NCBI GenBank assembly: GCA_951406725.2 | Contig: OX597837.1 | Span: 6,944,001 to 7,008,000, forward strand | Origin: Octopus vulgaris | Taxonomy: Eukaryota | Length of the DNA stretch: 64,000 nucleotides | Direction of reading: 5' to 3' | Shown here: piece after piece, positions 59,641 to 64,000 of the stretch | Layout of the letters: every line of letters starts with the position of its first letter | Position numbering within the stretch: the first letter of the stretch is position 1 | Translations under genes and position numbers: made by a program | The notes under the pieces: model-generated | The model's input: only the letters and a program-made list of their open reading frames with translations | Told to the model about the DNA's origin: nothing | Databases searched by the model: none

Positions 59641-59960
59641 TGTCTCTCTAAAGAAATGGAGAAACTTTCAAAATACAAAGACTTGGAAATAGAGGTAACC
59701 AGAATGTGGAATCTAAAAACAGAAACAATTCCTATCATAGTAGGTGCATTAGGCATTATAAAAAAATATTCAGACAAATACATAACAAAAAAAACAGGAC
59801 TTACAAACACATATAACATACAGAAAATTGCACTTCTAGACACTGCACACATCTTACGCAGAACACTTTCCATACAATAACAAATCACAGCACATACCTA
59901 AGGCACACAGAGCTGCGCTCGGTAGTGAAGTGAAAGCACGCTATAAAAATGAAACTACTG
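59641..59960 (+). mobile_element. R4/Dong-like family A 3' fragment
   Basis: Near-identical to 43189-43524; ends actactg followed by (aat)n. Confidence 0.9.
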
Positions 59961-60002
59961 AATAATAATAATAATAATAATGACAACATCAACAACACTC
60001 TA

Positions 60003-60189
60003 GGCACTCCCGAAATTTTGGCGGGAGGAGGCCAGTCGATTAGATCAACCCCACAACGCAACTGGTACTTAATTTATCGACCCCAGAAGGATGAAAGGCC
60101 AAGGTGACCTCGGCGAAATTTGAACTCAGAACGTGGAATACCGGTAAGCATTTCGTCCGGCGTGCTAACGAATCTGCCAGCTCGCCGCC
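60003..60189 (-). mobile_element. SINE family 2
   Basis: Minus strand ggcggcgagctggcagattcgttagcacgccgg... Confidence 0.85.
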
Positions 60190-60250
60190 ATAAATAACAA
60201 TAAGAAGAAGAAGAAGAAGAACAACAACAACAATAATAATAATAATACTA

Positions 60251-60306
<56 letters not shown>

Positions 60307-60353
60307 GTAATAGTAATAGTAATAGTAATAGTAATAGTAATAGTAATAATAAT

Positions 60354-60393
<40 letters not shown>

Positions 60394-60440
60394 GTAATAG
60401 TAATAGTTATAGTAATAGTAATAGTAATAGTAATAATAAT

Positions 60441-60480
<40 letters not shown>

Positions 60481-60521
60481 GTAATAGTTATAGTAATAGT
60501 AATAGTAATAGTAATAATAAT

Positions 60522-60567
<46 letters not shown>

Positions 60568-60608
60568 GTAATAGTTATAGTAATAGTAATAGTAATAGTA
60601 ATAATAAT

Positions 60609-60648
<40 letters not shown>

Positions 60649-60676
60649 GTAATAGTAATAGTAATAATAATAATAA

Positions 60677-60707
<31 letters not shown>

Positions 60708-60726
60708 AATAGTAATAGTAATAGTT

Positions 60727-60785
<59 letters not shown>
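60190..60785. repeat. (AAT)n/(AGTAAT)n higher-order microsatellite
   Basis: Blocks of about 70-90 bp repeat several times, each carrying an aattat marker. Confidence 0.9.
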
Positions 60786-61523
60786 TCTATGCAACTGCCT
60801 GTTCGTTGTTTCTCCGTAATCTGCCGATGTTACTTTGCTTTACTTTCACTTTCTCCTCTTTTTATTTTTATTTTTGTTTTTTTGTTTTTGTTTTGTCTTT
60901 TGTTTTATATTTCGTAGTGACTGCTGAATACATTTTGGTCGTCTGTTATAATTTCCGATCAATATCTGTTATTTCCATCTGTTGGCGAATGGTAATTGCA
61001 ACACGATGCAGTAAAGACGTAGAATGTCCAAAAACTAGGAGAGCGTCATTTCATGCTGGCGAAACTAAATCGATCACGGTTAACATCAAGTCAGTTCAAT
61101 AGGCTTTTCTTGTTTTTTTCTTTTTCATTTTCTCTATTTTTTTTGTTTTGTTTTGTATTGTTTTTTCTATCGACTCTTGGCATAACGTAATGATTCTTTC
61201 ATTCTTTCATTGAGTAGCTTCTTGATGTAAACATACAGCGAAGTTCTCCTTAAATCTTTCTGTGAGAAGTTTTATGACCCTGCTTTATAACCTTTACACT
61301 CTTCCGTTTGTCCCTAAAGAAGCTACACGCTTCTTCGATTAATAGCGCCCGCCCTATTTTTATGCCTTTGTTGTCGGTTTGGCTTTGTTCGAGTTCCATG
61401 TTTTTAGCAATTTTCTAGGGAGCACAATATACTAATGCTATGATACTGTTATCTGTTATACTGTTTGTTAAAGAGAAGAGTATATTTCTTCTCAACAAAC
61501 GTAGATGCATAAATACATAGATA

Positions 61524-62326
61524 CAGGAGTTGGACAAAATAATGGAAACACCCAGCATCATAGCATCATAATTTTGAATTATCAATAAAACTGTCAAAGC
61601 TTGTTTATTTTTATCGTTTTTGATTTATTATTAGTGTTGCTTAATACGTTTTGTTAAATTACTATTTGTTTTCAGATATCGTCAGAAGAAGGTAATTAAA
61701 ATTCATTAAAATGACAGATCTATCGGACTTTCAAAGAGGTCAAATTGTTGGTGATCTTATTGCCAGGCGCCAGCGTAACGAAAACTGCCGAAATATTTGG
61801 TGTATCAAGAAGTACTGTCTCGAAAGTAATGACAGCTTTTGAGAAAGAAGGAAAAAAACCTTCTCGTCGAAACAAAACTCCGGAAGAAAAAACAAAACTT
61901 TCAGATAGGGACCGTCGGACTCTTACGCGAATTGTTAGAAAGGATCACAAAAGCACAGCTCCCAAAATTACTGCAGTGCTTAATGACCTCCTTGAGAACC
62001 CAATTTCCACAAAACTGGCCGAGTATACATGTGGAGACAGCCAAAAGAAGCATTTGACCCAAACTGCCTTCTTCCAACTGTTACTCATGGAGAAAGATCT
62101 GTGATGATCTGGGCATATTTATCTTGGAAATCCACCGGCCCAACGGTTTCCTTCCATGGCATAATTAATAATCAAGACTATTGAAGCATTTTATCTGATC
62201 AAATTCATCCTATGGCTGTGGAACTATTTCCGGATGGAAACGCAATCTTTCAGGATGATAATGCACCAATTCTCACAGCTAAAGTTGTTACTGAACGGCA
62301 GGAGGAACATTCTAGTGAAGTTGAAG
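61524..62326 (+). pseudogene. Tc1-like transposon relic (left TIR plus frameshifted, internally deleted transposase)
   Basis: TA-CAGGAGTTGGACAAAATAATGGAAACACC; ATG at 61711 MTDLSDFQRGQIVG; HTH AEIFGVSRSTVSKV; PTVTHG..SVMIW; IFQDDNAP; 3' end missing. Confidence 0.9.
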
Positions 62327-62439
62327 GGATAGAGGTATCCATAGGCACTCCTGGTATTACCTCAGTATGTATGGTCCTTGTTGTAAGGCATACAGTAGTA
62401 GGTAATTTAAAGATAAAACCGTGGTTTAATATATACAGA

Positions 62440-62562
62440 GACGATAAGAAATGGAGCGATAAGCAGTGAGAAGTGGATCTTTGGCGTTATAAAGTCATTA
62501 TTCAGTCATTTATAACACCAACGATCCACTTTTCACTGTTTATTGCTCCATTTCTTATCGTC
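62440..62562. repeat. Hairpin with 54-bp arms and 15-nt loop
   Basis: gacgataagaaatggagcgataagcagtgagaagtggatctttggcgttataaa pairs with 62509-62562 (five differences). Confidence 0.9.
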
Positions 62563-62606
62563 ATTATATACATGTATATACATATATATATACATATACA
62601 CATATG

Positions 62607-62675
<69 letters not shown>

Positions 62676-62677
62676 CA

Positions 62678-63297
62678 TAATAAATATAAGGGTAGCAAAA
62701 AATTCTAGAAAAAATTCTCCGCTACCAGCGGTCTAGTGAGAAAGAAAATATAGTCAAAGACTATATAATATACATTCAACAATATAAGGAATGGCCATAT
62801 AGGACATTCGACTCACTAGAAAGGGCAGCCAACCTCAAACCGCTAAATAGTTGTAATTCTGAAATAGAAAGAGAAATAAAAACGTTTACCCCTTCATCTC
62901 TGGACTATGCATAGTTTCGGCAAACTTAGGCAAATGAATTAATTAAATTAAATTAAATTCATTTACATCTGGCGTGCCTCGTCAGCAGAGAGCCTAGGAC
63001 GAGTATATGTCCACGAGGCTATGGTAATATGCTCTAAATTTTCAAAATTCCACCGCGATCGTGCGGTCAACTCAGCAGCAAATATATACTCTTGTTTTAA
63101 TTTCAAAATTAGCCAAAAAATCATTAATTAATAAATATAAGGGTAGCCTTCATTTGCCTAAGTTTGCGAAACTATGCATAGTCCAGAGATGAAGGGGGTA
63201 AACGTTTTTATTTCTCTTTCTATTTCAGAATTACAACTATTTAGCGGTTTGAGGTTGGCTGCCCTTTCTAGTGAGTCGAATGTCCTATATGGCCATT

Positions 63298-63304
<7 letters not shown>
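62678..63304 (-). mobile_element. 451-bp hammerhead-containing unit with 19-bp terminal direct repeat plus an inverted partial copy (Penelope pLTR/retrozyme-like)
   Basis: taataaatataagggtagc at 62678 and 63129; 62782-62938 is the near-perfect reverse complement of 63149-63304; (TA)n on both flanks. Confidence 0.8.
62897..62991 (-). ncRNA. Intact-looking type I hammerhead ribozyme
   Basis: Minus strand tctctg-CTGACGA-ggca...(long AU hairpin)...tgcc-GAAA-ctatgcata-GTC-cagaga: consensus core, 6-bp stem I, G-C-closed stem II, palindromic stem III, GUC triplet. Confidence 0.85.
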
Positions 63305-63368
<64 letters not shown>

Positions 63369-64000
63369 AACACACATATGTATATAATATATATATACAT
63401 AAAATCTATTTCATCCGATGACATAGCTCAAATTACTGATTATTTTCAAAAAAATATTTTACATTTGGTATCAGTGCAGACACGTAGGTTTATTATTAAA
63501 TATGATAGTATAAGCTATTTACCTGTTTTTTTTTTTTTAGTTATAAAACAAATCTGAGATATTTGAATTTTTTATCGTTATATAAAGATTGATCTAAATA
63601 TATTGTGAAATGGCCGTTGGCAACGAAAAATCCAACGTCAAATTTCAGTGCTGTCCTGTTGATGACGCTTATTGATGCAGAATCACGTGGTGACAGCTGC
63701 CTACTTGTCTTCCACAAAAGAAAAAATAAATAAATAATAAAAAGCTTCTTCAGCACTTTTTTCAATTCTATAGATTATCTGCCCTTCTTATCATTTGCTA
63801 CTAGGGGTTTGCTTACTTCTTTCGGAACGAAGATAGTTTTAACAAACCACGAATACATTTTATATAGTATTAAGCACGCTTTCCTTCAACTTTTTGTTTA
63901 CATATTTCTGTATACATATAAACACACACACACATGTAATATAATATTATATATATATATATATGTATGTATGAATATATACACACACATATATATATAT

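Noticed and set aside
60918-60991. Possible 74-nt exon (tttcgtag...atg|gtaatt)
   Set aside because: Such splice-like signals are common in T-rich DNA and the peptide is unrecognisable

Overview
Eukaryotic, very AT-rich, microsatellite-saturated non-coding DNA: (TA)n, (CA)n, (TATG)n, (TAGA)n, (AAT)n and (GAA)n. The repeat landscape is most consistent with an octopus genome (inferred from the SINE families, not verified by search). I found no host protein-coding gene, and almost all listed ORFs are translated microsatellites. Recognisable content: (1) four tRNA-derived SINE families; (2) R4/Dong-type non-LTR retrotransposon 3' fragments sitting in (TAA)n arrays; (3) CR1-like LINE 3' fragments whose tail matches one SINE family; (4) Tc1/mariner relics and a MITE; (5) DINE/Helentron-like elements; (6) a Penelope-like GIY-YIG fragment; (7) a 1.6-kb tandem duplication and a 4.2-kb duplication across a 100-N gap that is probably an assembly artefact. 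The signal the ORF track misses is RNA-level: roughly 20 type-I hammerhead-ribozyme-like motifs from several unrelated repeat families. Two look fully intact (50272-50357 +, 62897-62991 -), and several sit in fold-back elements embedded in (TA)n. All coordinates were counted by eye and may be off by a few bases.
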